A model generated the notes under the pieces. The model did no database searches. It was not told the origin of the DNA and was given only the letters and a program-made list of their open reading frames with translations. Shown in pieces: positions 37,471 to 50,189 of a stretch of 64,000 nt of DNA; position 1 is the stretch's first letter, and every line of letters starts with the position of its first letter. Made by a program: the position numbers and the translations under genes. The DNA is from Diadema antillarum (lineage: Eukaryota): assembly GCF_040938485.1 (NCBI RefSeq), contig NW_027271421.1, positions 438,567 to 502,566 on the forward strand, in the 5' to 3' direction.

Positions 37471-39317
37471 CTGAGCATCGGGATGGCGGAAGAGGAATAA
37501 TATTTACATACCAATCTAATGATGTGTGAAAAACTTGTTTGACAAAGCATATTGTTTATAATTTGATTCATCTCTGCGTTTTTCATAAAGTATTTACAAC
37601 ATAAACATTTCCCACTACTATTCACATTATATCAAACGCAAACTGAATAGTCATATAAAATGTACCAACAGTAAAATATTGTATAGGGGATTAATCATAC
37701 AAATCCAATTGGTAAATCACCGATTATTTAATCGATTTAATACATTAAAATGCAGGAGACCATCTTAAGCTGAAGCTTGAATTTGATTGCAGCCTCTGGA
37801 AAAGCATATGGCTTATATTTCTTTACAATCATTAGATACAAATTGTGTAACCGAATACGGTAGCTACAATGAAAATGCATCAGTGAAAGATGAGTTATGG
37901 TGCAAGTTCATACATGTATGTGCAGTTTTGTTGTATTATTGTTAATGCTATTTCTAAAAAAAAAACTGTGCAGATTAATTTTCATATTGAAAAAAGATAT
38001 ACATAATATTTATGCATGCATATTATATAAGGACACGAGTCATGTAATATAACATTGTGGTGGAAAGAGTAAAGTATACTTGGCAGTCATCACTGTGTCC
38101 GCAGTATAATCAGAGCCTATAAGGTGATAGCCTTAAAGGTGATACTAACATGAGGTATTGCCAGCTGCTAGTATGCGCATGTCACAATCGTTAACATCAA
38201 TCATTTTAATGGTTTGGAGTTCTTGTTCGTACTTACTGAAAACCGTACAGACAACAGCGTGTGTTGGTGTGTATACCACTAATCTGTCTATGGATCATGT
38301 GCACGCGCGCATACACACACATACACACACACGCACACATTGACTTTTTTTTCCTTAGTGGGCATTTATTGTGTACAGAGGCTTGGAAATTGAGCAAAAT
38401 CTGAAACCTAACTCCAGAAATAAGCATGAAATTCGAGTAATTTTTTTTTTACATCATATGGTACATGTACCCGTATTAAGCCACCTCCAAACCATTTACA
38501 GCACATATTAGCTATTACCAGTGTCGATTTCATTAATATATATATATATGTTTTTAACATCTTGTGTTAATTATAGATGTTATATGTATGGATATTGCAG
38601 TAAAATCTAGGAAATTATGAATCTTAAGAGGGAATCAATGTCGTTGACAATCCAGCAGAAACATATTTTTAGACTTATTTTATAGTAGTGGTGATGACAT
38701 CATCGAATCATCTATAGTGATCTGTTATTTCATATTATCAAATTGGTTGGTCAAATACCGGTTAGTGATTGGCTAAACACAGTAACGTGATGGAGGCACA
38801 TTGGTTATGTTCGTCCATGGAAAAACATTTCCACGTAACAAATGACAAACGATACAAAATGTTTGAACGATCATATTTTTCACGCAATCGATAGGATAAA
38901 TTTGCCTATTCCAATATGAAAGAGCAGATTTGACTTATCCATATAATATAACAGATGATGAGTTTTGTTGTCGGGAACATGTACCAAACGTTCTACCCTC
39001 AGGGTTTGAAAAGCTATTTCGGGAATCTATAAAGTCTCTCGACTTCGTCTCGGGACTTAATAAATAACCTCCCTTAAAAGCATTCAAACCCTTCTTGTGG
39101 AACATTCGGTATGTTCCCTCTCCCTGCCAGTCATCATCTAAATTTATATAATATTTCATAAGAAAAAATATGAAATTTGATAGTTCTCCTACTCTTCTTC
39201 TATGAGTTTACCCTATCCATGAACGTGTCCATGAAAATCCATCAACTGGTTAAATGATTTTTCTCTTTAGATACAGGTTACTATAGATGGTGCACCGCGT
39301 TGTCATGGCAGCCATAC

Positions 39318-39482
39318 CTTCTCGGCGGTCGCTCTTAGTTTGTTGGCATCTTTCTCTCTGAGACATTCTACAAGAGCCTCAGAACTCGACGTGCTGCAAT
39401 TCATGGCCACGCCCACAGCTCTCGACTGCCCAAGCTCTTTATCTAGATCGTTGAAAGTCCAATCAGCCACTGCCGTCCCACT
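39318..39482 (-). CDS. P4 exon 6 (SGTAVADWTFNDLDKELGQSRAVGVAMNCSTSSSEALVECLREKDANKLRATAEK)
   Basis: Anchored to ORF 39303..39596. Acceptor gatgcag|AGT, donor aag|gtatgg, 165 nt. Confidence 0.8.
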
Positions 39483-39981
39483 CTGCATCAGTATCAACAT
39501 AAAAAGGAATTGAAATAGGTCACTGGAATGTATCCGCACAAGACATACACAGAAAACAGCTGATGCACGAGAAAGCACAGAAACATTGGAACACATTTTA
39601 ACAGAATATCATCATGCATGTAGTATTTGGGAAGAATATTTAAAATGATGGAACACGAAATTAATGTCAGCCTTAGTTGAATGACGAAGATACACTATTT
39701 GGGATAACTGTGAGGTGCCAATAGTGCTCTCTTGAATCAGGGAGGTGGGAAGAGTCTTCCCACTTCCCTGTTTGAATCATTGAATAGGGCTTGTCTACCT
39801 ACGCACGTGAAGTCTGGATCCAGCGGACTACGTGGAGGAAACCAACAGATTAGTTCAACGGGCGTTGTGAAACGCAACAAGGGCACAGTAAGCATGGTAA
39901 GACATGTAGGACACTGATGGCCATTCACTGCATCCTGACTTGTCTCCAGCCGTCTTGATTAAGTCTTGCCACTGGAAATAA

Positions 39982-42900
39982 ATGGGCCAGGACGAGAGAC
40001 TTCCCTGCGCAGCTCTTCCTCACCTTAATGCAATTCACACTCAAGTCACAATATCACCCATTTTCATCCTAATCATTCCAAAGATGATACCACTAAGCAT
40101 AGGTAGCATAGTATGGAATATGCGCACTCTGTTGGACCGTGCCGGGACTGAAAGACCTGAGAGAAGGACCGCACTTATTGCTGGAGAACTAGCAAGGTAC
40201 AGGGTACAGATTGCCGCCCTTAGCGAAACACGCCTTGCTGTTGGAGGTCAACTGTCATATACACGCCGGTTACACATTCTCCTGGATCGGTCGCAAACAA
40301 GACGAACGTCATGAAGTAGGAGTCGGATTTGCCATTATGGGGAACCCAAACCCAAGGAGCAATGTGGATTGAGTGAGAGCAGCAACATTAGTAGAACAAA
40401 TCAGTGAAAGTTCGAGGAAAATCGGACAGTCGATGAAAGAGTTATGAATTTTTAAAGTGTTGGTGTTGGAACCGCTGGATGAGGAGACTGCTAGAGGTTA
40501 TGACATTGAGTGGACAACAATAGAAAGAAAATATAAAGGGAATTCAATAACAATTCGTTTTTCATGGAAATGACACATTCCATCAACTTGATACTGATGT
40601 TAAGGGTAGCAATTATTCCCTCTGCTTTCTGAAAGCGGTTAGTCATGTGTTCTTTTATTATGGTAGAAAAGTGATTTTTTTTTTTTTGGGGGGGGGGTGG
40701 AATTCCCTTTACATTTTCTTTACATTGTGTTCATGGCGATGTGTTCTACTAATATTAGTGCTTTCTCTCAATCGTTATTGCTCTTTGGGTTCCCTTTAAA
40801 TCCAACTGAGTCAACAAGCCGGCTGTGCCCCCAAGGGTCTATCAATCATCGTCTAATGACTGTCCGACTTCCATTACCAAGAAAGCGGTATGCCACAATG
40901 ACCAGCGCCTACGCAACCACGATGACCAGCCCTGATGGTGTCAAGGAAAGATTCTATGAGTACCTGCAAGCGACTATTCCCGCTGTGTCCAGATTAGATA
41001 AACTCATCACCCTTGGTGACTTCAAAGCTAGGGTCAGCACCGACTATGCATCATGAAAAGGAGTCCCATATAAGGAAAATGGTCTGGGAAATGCAACAGC
41101 ATAATGGCTTATTGCTGCTGGAAACTTGCGCTGCACACCAGCTGCTCATTACCAATACAGTCTTTCGTCTACCGAACCGTTATAAGACGACATGGATGCA
41201 TCCTCGCTCTGAGCACTGGCACTCGCTGGATTACCTTATCGTTAAACAAAGGGACGGGCAAGACGTTATAGTCACAAAAGGGCTTTTTACACTTGTAAAT
41301 TTTTGCTTAGCCCCGGACCAACGGTGGAGCGAAGGGGGACCTTAGCCCCACCGTTGGTACGGGACTATCCTTAGCCCACTTTCTGTGTACACTCATTTTT
41401 GCCAAAGTGGGCTAGCCCCACCGATAGTACGGTACTATCTGGCCCTGCAAAATAGCAGGGGTTAGCACCGCAATTGCGGTGCCAAGCAAGTGAGTGTAAA
41501 CAGAACGAAAAAATAATCCTGGGCTAAGCGACGGAGACGAAGTCCGACCCTCACTGACCAATCAAAAACGAGGTAATCAAGTGCTGCTGATGCGTGCGTG
41601 TACGTGTACAGTACACAGCGTAATTATGAATATTCATGTGGTTTGGAAAGTCCGGGGCTAAGAAATTCGAGTGTAAAAAGGTCAGTTTTCTCCTTAGCCC
41701 CGGGCAAGAGATAGGACGGGACTAATTGGCGAGTGTAAAAAGCTGAAAAAATTGGTACGGGACTAACGATAGTCCTGGGTCAGAGAAAGTCCGGGGTTAA
41801 GAAACACAAGTGTAAAAAGCCCTAAAAGCCATGTGCGGTGCAGCAAAGTGCTGGACAGATCACCGTCTGTTGATCTCAAAGCTCAGTATCAGGATTCAAC
41901 CACGTAGAGGTTTTCAGGGAAAGATGGCATTGAAACGTTAGATGTTAAAGTTGGAGAGAGATCAGGTACAGCAGTCACTCATTGAAGAAATCGACAGCAA
42001 GTTGCAACAACAAAGTTTCAGCTCACGGGATGTTGAGTCCGACTGGATTCTCTTTCGCAGCTCTGTCTATGCTGCCGCCTCTGAGACGGTGGGTACGTCC
42101 CATCACTTAACTAGGACTGGTTCAATGACAAGAGCGAACGCATTCAATCTTTGCTCGAAGAGAAGCATCGCCTTCCGAGCACACCTCAACGACCCGACAT
42201 CAGCTTCCAAGAAAACTGTTTTTTACAACATCAGGAGAAGCGTACAGCTGGAACTATGGCAAATGCAGGATGCATGGCTAGCATAAAGCTGATACGATAC
42301 AGTCTTATGCTGATCAATTTCAATTTCAATTTCAATTTTATTTCCATTTCCATTGAATAAACAGGGAAAATTATATACAATACATTCATCGACATGAAAA
42401 ACATAATACAGACAACACTGGATCACTTCAAACAAAATTTGTAGATCTACTTATTTTGATGTCCCATGATATGCACTGGACTTGTACTGCCACTGCCTAG
42501 TAATTTCTATATATTTTATCTCCTATGGCGACCAGGGATGCCATCTCATATCGCTTTTTATATTGGAAAAAATATCAACTACCGTGTATTATGTATATGG
42601 ACCAATTTGTTTGGGCTCGTCTCTCCTCCTCAGTGCAGCAGATGGAAACGTACTGATCACAGACACGAAGAAGATTGTTGAACGCTTGACAGAACACTTC
42701 AAAATGTCCTCAACGGTCAATCTGCCATCAGCGAGTAAACAATCACAAGCCTGCTCCAAGTTCCAACCAATCACTCTCTTGCCGATATCCCCACAGAAGC
42801 CGAAGTGGAAGCAGCAGTAAAACATATTGTCCTGTTGAAAAGAACCTGGCGCTGACTCTATCCCTGTAGAAATCTACGCCTCTGGTCGCCATAACCTTGA

Positions 42901-44400
42901 CAAAGCTCACCGAGCTATTCCAGTCCGTCTGGAACGAAGAGAAAATCCCACAGGAACCCTGGATGCTTCTGTCGTCCATTTGTACAAGTACAAAGGAAAT
43001 CGAGCTTGCGACAACTACCGGGGAGATCTTTGCCAGAATCTTGCTGAACCGCCTGATCGACCACTTAGAGGAAGGTTTACAACCTGAAAGTTAATGCGCG
43101 CTCAGACAGAGTCGCAGCACAGTAACACAATGGATATGATTTTCGCAGCACGTCAACTCCAGGAGATATACTAGGAGCAGAATGTAGGTATCGACACCAC
43201 CTTTGTAGACCTGACTAAGGCTTTTGACACCGTATGACTCTGGACTCTTCAATGATCATGGCCAAATTTGACTGCCCTGCAACACTCATCTCACTGGTAA
43301 AACAGTTTCATGCAAGCTAACGTGCAGGATAGCGGTGAACGCTCAGAGCCCTTCCCTGTCACAAACGGCGTGAAACTTGCCCCAACCGTCTTAAGCAAGA
43401 AGTTCTCAGCAATGTTGATATGCCTTTCGGGCGGGAGATATCGTTGTCGATTTCAGATTTAGAACTGATGGAAAGCTGTTTAACCTACGGATACTGCGGA
43501 CAAAATCAAAATTCCGGGAGGATATCGCCTGTGACTTTCTCTTCGTAGATGACAGCTCCCTGTATCTCAGGGCGAAAATCCAATTGAATATGCTAGTACT
43601 CAGTCTGACATGCAAGAAATCATTGACCAATTCGCCAACGCCTGTATCGACTGAAGTGATGCATCAGCCAGCTCCTACAATTCCCTACACAGAGCCAACC
43701 ATCATGATTAATGGCGAGAAGCTGAAAGTGGCAGACAAATGTGTTTACCTTGGCAGCACAAAGCCAGCTCGGCTTTCAGCAGACTCATAGACGGTGTGTG
43801 GGAAAGAAGAGGAAAACCTTCAAACCAAAGTATAGCTCTGTCGCGCAATAGTCATGCCCTCTGTACTGTATGCCTGCCAAACATGGATAGTGTATAGCCG
43901 GTATGCCAGGCAGCTGAACGCCTTCCACATAAGATGCCTCCAAAACTTGCTGCACGCGAAATGGCAAGACAACGTGCCAGATACCAAGATACTTCAGAGA
44001 GCCCATCAGATGGAGAGTATATTCATGAGATGCTCTAAAGCGCTCCCAACTCAGGCGGGGCATGTACTTCGAGTGTCCAACGAACATTTACCAAAGTGAC
44101 TGCTCTATGGTGAACTAATGGAAGGCAAGCGCTCTCACGGAGGTCAGAGGAAGCGCTACAAGGGCACATTAAAAGCTTGGATGAAATGCTGCACCATCAA
44201 TCCTGACACATGTGAAGCAGCGGCGCTAGACCGATCTGCCTGGCGATCTGTGGTCACCTCTGGCCCTTATTAGACTACGAAGTGAGACGTGTCGAGGAGC
44301 AGGAAAAGGAACGGCAGCGACGAAAATTAGCAGAGCGACCTCTCAGCCTGGCCTACCTCCACGGCATCAGATTTTTTTTTTTTTTTCAGAGCGAGGATCG
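39982..44400 (+). mobile_element. Degenerate non-LTR retrotransposon (LINE, L2/CR1-clade-like), antisense in P4 intron 5
   Basis: Frameshifted ORF pieces: an APE-endonuclease N-terminus (IVWNMRTLLD...RPERRTALIAGELARYRVQIAALSETR, ...LITLGDFKARVSTDYAS), RT motifs (FVDLTKAFDTV..., ...ADD...), and the tail ...HIRCLQNLLHAKWQDNVPDTKILQ...HVLRVSNEHLPK. Multiple stops and frameshifts. The ends are approximate. Confidence 0.65.
41280..41821. mobile_element. MITE nested inside the P4 LINE copy (542 bp)
   Basis: Perfect 16-bp TIRs GGGCTTTTTACACTTG ... CAAGTGTAAAAAGCCC, with internal GTGTAAAAAG and TAGCCCC subrepeats. The flanks are acaaaag|...|taaaag. The P5 LINE copy is uninterrupted at this site (gtcgccaaagccatgtgtggtgcagcag, around 59330). 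Confidence 0.6.
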
Positions 44401-44898
44401 GACTGTTTAACCATCTTCGCATTCACGAAGTGTAATGATACTAGAAGTTATGGTCGCCTTCGCCCGCGAAGGACGGACATCTTCATTGAATCATTATTGT
44501 CACTGCAAAACAGTCATTGTATACATGCAAGTTCCTGAGAATCCTTCCCTCCTTTTAGGTTTGTTTTGTTATTTTGGTGAAGTTGGAATGATAAGTTAAT
44601 GTAAAACGTTAATTGCAATCTAGAAAGAAAATGGAAGGACATAACTATTTAGTAAGGAGTACTCTTAATATGGCTACATGTAACTACACAGGAAATGATT
44701 TATAGATATTGACTTTGTCTTATGTTGAATAACATCATATGGAAAAAAAATTGGATTCTTTTTTTCAGATGTGTATTAACAATTGGGAAGCAGAGAACAC
44801 CGACTACCTTGATTGTATCAAGTAATGTATTTTGGGGGGTTAAATATGACTTGTATGTTTTTTCATCTTTTATATGCAATTGGAAAATGAAACCAGAT

Positions 44899-44926
44899 TA
44901 GAGAGAGAGAGAGAGAGAGAGAGAGA
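44899..44926. repeat. (GA)n microsatellite
   Basis: Read directly. Confidence 0.8.
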
Positions 44927-45471
44927 ATGCACGAGTAAGCAATGTGAACAAGAAAAGCTGAAACAACTGGAAAGATAATAAGCGGAGTCAATTAATATCA
45001 CTGAACACCCTACAAACATTGCGAAAATGCATTAGCAGGCTAATTAGTTTGTTCTTGTGAATGAAGCATGCATGTACACGTGCAAATATTTACGTTGGCA
45101 AGTACAACGACAAAAGATATTGTGGATCTTGCATTCTTGAGAGCATTGTTCTAACAGAGAGTATAGTTTACTTATTATGAAATTGAGAACTCATGTCATG
45201 GTACTTGCACTTTAACACCAAGGAAATTCTCGGATTGGTAAATTCACAGACCTGTTTAACAAAGTGTAAGTGTACTTAAACGCACTCTCTCTCTCTTCGT
45301 GTGGTTACTATTGTTTGTCACATTAATTTTCTCCGCTCAAATAAACAGTAATGATATAACGACAATTATACATGTAACAAACTCTTTTTTTTAATGAATA
45401 ATGATGAATCAACAGTCAATAATATTTGTCTTCTCTGTCACATTGATGACAGTTTTGTAAAGAAAATTTCA

Positions 45472-45648
<177 letters not shown>

Positions 45649-45706
45649 TCAAGAAAATCAGAGGATGGAGAGAGATAGGTGATCATAATAAATGCATGGA
45701 TAGATC

Positions 45707-45901
45707 GGGTCTAGGGCAATTACCCCATGGCAATTACCCCCCACCCTTCCCCAGTCCTAAATCCTAATCCTAATCCTCAACCTAATCCTAACCCTAACTC
45801 AAACTCCTAACCCTAAACCTAACCCTAATCTTTGCTCTAACCTTACCACTAACCAGTATTTAGCCGGGGTAATTACCCTCTGGGGGTAATTGCCCGGATA
45901 C
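45707..45901. mobile_element. Small insertion carrying degenerate telomere-like (CCTAAC/CCCTAA)n hexamers between inverted GGGCAATTACCCC-type ends
   Basis: A 10-bp direct repeat TGGATAGATC sits at 45697-45706 and 45902-45911. Inner inverted repeats are gggcaattacccc...ggggtaattgccc, and the core is cctaatcctaatcctcaacctaatcctaaccctaac.... It is absent from the equivalent position of P5 intron 4 (63190-63340). Confidence 0.5.
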
Positions 45902-47194
45902 TGGATAGATCCCATAAAGATTGACTGGCAGACTTTATATAAAGAGAAAGGAAATGGAATGAGAGAGATATATATAGAGAGATATGTAACTTATTATCAA
46001 AGTGATGAGACTCAATACTAAAAAATGGCTGAATTCAGATATGTGTTCTGAAGTCGTTAACTCATGCTGAAACTATATAATGTATTACGTTCTTTACTCC
46101 ATGTGGTTTGTTATGCTCAAAACCACTATTCCATTTTGTATAAACAGACAATAAAGCTGACGAAGACCTGAGGTCGAAAGCTTCTACCTGTACTACCATC
46201 CGGCATCGTGCGACGTCTCTTGTCTTCATTAACTATATTACATATATGGTTAGCATTGTGTACATATATTTCTGTTCAGTCTTACAGTCCTATGGAAATC
46301 AATATACATTTTTAATAATAATAATAATATTATTATTATTACCATTATTATTATCATTATCATTATCAATATTATTATTCATAACATTTATATAGCACAT
46401 TATCACATGTAATGTCTCTAAGCGCTACGGGAAAAAATAGAAAAGGAAGAAGAAGAAAGGAAGAAAGAAGAAGAAGGTATACGGATTCAGAGACGGTAAG
46501 ACATGAGTAATAGTCATAGAACTACTCAATGAAAAATACGGTTTTAACATGGATTTAAATTTGTCTACTGAGTATGTTTGTTTCAAACATTTAGGTAAGC
46601 AGTTCCAGGGTTGAGGCAATGCTGACTGAAATTATCTTAAACCATAGGATTGTGTATTGAAAGGAGGAGGTATTAAAAGTGATTTGTTGTTAGACCGCAA
46701 GTTCCGGGAGGGTAGGTATTCAGTTATCAACTGTTGAAGATAAACCGGTGCAATATTTCGCAAACAGTTGAAAGTTAACAAGAGAATCTTAAAGTTAATG
46801 CGGTAGTTCTCTCAGTAGTGGGGTAAGCGACTCACGTGAACGACGTTTAGCAAGAAGCCTGGCAGCTGAATTTTGAACTCTCTGCAGTTTGTTGATTTGC
46901 GCATCAGGTAGACCGTACGAGAGACTATTGCAAAAGTCAATGCGAGACATAACCAGTGCCTGAACGAGTCTTTGGCTTGTCTTTTAAGTCAGAAATTGGC
47001 AGATGCTGCCAATTTTGTGTAGGGCAAATGAGGCTGATCTGCACACACTTTTCACATGAGCCTTCAGTTCACACGAGTCTTCAAACTGACTTTAACTACT
47101 GACAATATTTGAGATATTAACTGTCAACACTAAATCTTGCAGTATCCTGCAACCTGCATTTGCTATGCATCTGCATTTACTATGATTACTTAAA

Positions 47195-47550
47195 GGGGAA
47201 GGCTAGTAACTGATCAGTGGGAATCAGTGGAAATGCTGGGAGATGATTGTTCCAATCCTTATGGGATTCATTCAAGAGTTCATTGTATATCTATTGTTGT
47301 GTGAAAATGATTTGCTTCAGAATGGTCTCATATTCAAGTAATGTGCAGTTTAATGCTTCCAGGTTAGCGTCCCTGGTCAGTGACGGAGCATTAATCTGCA
47401 CATTACTTGAATATGAGACCGTTCTGAAGCAAATCATTTTCACACAACAATAGATATACAATGAACTCTTGAATGAATCCCATAAGGATTGGAACAATCA
47501 TTTCCCAGCATCTCCACTGATTCCCACTGATCAGTTACTAGCCATCCCCT
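47195..47550. mobile_element. Foldback (near-perfect palindrome) element, ~356 bp
   Basis: The arms are reverse complements. ORF-track entries 47247..47453(+) and 47291..47497(-) differ only near the palindrome centre. Termini are GGGGAAGGCTAGTAACTGATCAGTGG / revcomp. TTAAA flanks it at 47190-47194 and 47551-47555. It is absent at the orthologous site of P5 (gattattaaaacaaatgg, around 63800). Confidence 0.6.
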
Positions 47551-47645
47551 TTAAACAAATGGTTGATACATGAAATCACGGAATTAATGTCATATCTATC
47601 CCAATATCAGTTACCTATTTTGCTCTGATACCTGGGTATTATTAC

Positions 47646-47723
47646 CTTCAATGTTAGTATAGACCCACTTGAGAGCCGCTACCTGATCCAGCATACCAAC
47701 ATTACCAGGAGCTTCTTCATCAG
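47646..47723 (-). CDS. P4 exon 4 (ADEEAPGNVGMLDQVAALKWVYTNIE)
   Basis: Acceptor caccag|, donor g|gtaata, 78 nt. Confidence 0.75.
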
Positions 47724-48132
47724 CTGGTGGAAAATAAGATTGAGAGGAATTATCATTTGAAGAACAGGTGTAAAAAGTAATGTCAGGACTGACTAATCAG
47801 AACAATGTCCGTATTTCATGTCCGTATTACATGATTAAATCGCTCTGTTTTATATTCATTTGGCACCTGTGGATCAATAGCGTCATTTGAATTATTTTCT
47901 TCAAAAATCTTGTTTGGAGTGGAGATATATCTGCCTACTTTTTCTTCATATCTGTTCTTCTTGGGAGTCAATATGTATTTTTTATTCATCGACAGGCGGT
48001 ATTGACATGCTGTATCTTAATCTATAGCTTCTATATTCATTATGGATGCACTGTGATTGTCACACATGATCTAAACATTTGTGACAAAAATATTCTTTTT
48101 CTTTTAAATCTATATAAGAGATAAGAACTGAC

Positions 48133-48292
48133 CTGTGGTGAAAAAAGAAAAAATGTTCAGGCGGTAGTTGATAGTTACGATTATGACGTCACCAACAGAG
48201 ACCAATGGGACGCCGCTGAGTTCCGCTGTCATCGCGGTTCCAATGGAGAAAGCGCCACCATGAATAAAGACCATGACCGCCGAACCGTTCAT
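48133..48292 (-). CDS. P4 exon 3 (MNGSAVMVFIHGGAFSIGTAMTAELSGVPLVSVGDVIIVTINYRLNIFSFFTT)
   Basis: Anchored to ORF 48110..48301. Acceptor gataaag|ATG, donor g|gtcagt, 160 nt. Confidence 0.8.
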
Positions 48293-49071
48293 CTTTATCA
48301 TTCAAAACAATATCGATAATTCATGCCTATATTATATCTGTCGGAATTATTCATAGGACTGGAAGTGATATTTATCACAGACAAATTATCACAAAGTAAT
48401 TTCGACGACGTTAATCCTGATAGCCGATATTCTATGCTAAGAGTGATCAATGAATTTCCTCTCCATATTATAAAACAAGATTATTATATTTAATATACCA
48501 TCAACAGAACACATTGGTGCTAATAACTATAGACTATGCTTAAAGGGGTAATGATTATATCATTATATTCTACTCTATTAAACTAATATGTGGTTAAAGG
48601 GGTCATGGTTATGTCATTATATTCTACTCTATTAAACTAATATCAGTATTATCAATATCATTACTATTATTATTGTTATCATATTATAAAAGGAAACTCC
48701 GAAGCCATTCTATTTATTGAATGAAATTAGGAGTATTCGACGAAGGGACATGTATATGCCTCTAAAATAAAATAATGAATTAGGCATGAAATAACGCCTG
48801 TTTGCTTTTGTTTTACATTGTGTTAGAATAAATGTTGGATATTTGAAATAATTATTTATCTGTTTTTATTGTCAGATTCAAACAGCATTGCGCTCAATAA
48901 GTTCGTTCAACTGACTTTGTATTTCTTTTATGTATGAAAAAGAAATACAGAAATAAAATCAAAATCAATCAAATCAAACCCCACCGCTTTGCGGTAAAAA
49001 TAAACAACAACAACAACAAACAAAAAAAAAAAAACTCTGGCGCGAAGACACTTGCCCTTGATGAATCCTAC

Positions 49072-49254
49072 CTTTGGATTAGGAGCAAACACGTTCAAAT
49101 ACAGACAGTCTTCTGACATACCAGTAGGCGGGAAAAAGCCAAATACACCTTGCTGACACACAACTTCAAATTCCGTAGCGTTCCTTTCTCCTTCCCATGA
49201 AGTCATATTCGTGGGCGGAGCGAATCTCTCTGGAGGGGCTGCGTAAGGCACCCC
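49072..49254 (-). CDS. P4 exon 2 ([61 protein letters not shown])
   Basis: ORF 48928..49251. Acceptor gtatag|GGG, donor aag|gtagga, 183 nt. Confidence 0.8.
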
Positions 49255-49963
49255 CTATACATTGGTAGAAATAAAAACAAAAAAAAAACAAAAATTAATA
49301 CAATCAAACAAAGCTAATTCTGTGGAGATGATAATGTCAATGCCTCCATGGCAGTTTAGGCTTCGGTGAAGAGGGTTTTACCGTGGTTACAAAATGACTA
49401 TGATATAATAAAGCTTGTTCTATAACTAAAATACATCCCACGCAATTTCACCTTATTGGTAAACCTGTCTGATTCGAGTCAATGCTTTTACCAGTCTTGC
49501 AATAATTTTAACGACTGGCGTTGAACATCTTTAGTCATCATGATGATTTACATGAGAAATAAACTCCGTTTTTGTTTTGCTTCTTTTTTTTTCTTGTTTG
49601 GTTGTTTTGTTGTTGGTTTTTAAATGGAGATAGAATCGCATGGGTCGTACGGCTGTCATTGTCTGTAAGTTAAGTCTTCTCAATGGCGCATTCCAACACT
49701 TCACTCAACGTGCTGCAAGAGTGTCTCTTGATGACTCTTTCTGGTAAGAAGAAAGACTTTATTCCAGTGTACTAGTAAGTGAGTCTGCATACTTGTGAAC
49801 CAAGAGGTTAGACTGTATACAGATACTGATGTACTAAGAGGTATATAAGAATGTATAGATCTGCATGGTGTACTAAGAAATAAGAATGGTTACTTGTGTA
49901 CTCAGTGGAAGTCAAATTGGCCTTAAAGTCCACTTTATAAAGTTGACCTTTTTTTCAACTCAC

Positions 49964-50125
49964 CAAGAAAACGTCGACATCTCGAGTCTTGTTGATGAAC
50001 CTGCTTTCACTGAAAGTCACCGTCTTTCCTACCAGAGTTCCTTCTTTCACCGTAACTCTCGGATTCTCAGCATTCAGTGGTGCGCAAATGGCAAAAATTG
50101 CCAGCAAAGTCCACAATAGCTTCAT
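49964..50125 (-). CDS. P4 exon 1 (signal peptide MKLLWTLLAIFAICAPLNAENPRVTVKEGTLVGKTVTFSESRFINKTRDVDVFL)
   Basis: ATG at 50125, donor ttg|gtgagt, 54 codons. Confidence 0.8.
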
Positions 50126-50181
50126 CGTTTGAGAGGAACCACGCTTGTCTTGTTTTCCTAATAAAAAAAAAAAATCACTGA

Positions 50182-50189
50182 TTTTATAA
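50182..50189 (-). promoter_or_regulatory. TATA box candidate (TTATAAAA on the minus strand, about 60 nt upstream of the P4 ATG)
   Basis: Read directly: ggttataaaatcag in minus orientation. No transcript evidence. Confidence 0.3.

Noticed and set aside
45740-45850. A telomere or chromosome-fusion relic
   Set aside because: The hexamers are too short and degenerate. They are internal to a gene intron, bounded by inverted repeats plus a 10-bp TSD, and absent from the sister duplicate.
47247-47497. Two identical 68-aa ORFs on opposite strands
   Set aside because: This is an artefact of a near-perfect 356-bp palindrome (foldback element), not convergent genes.
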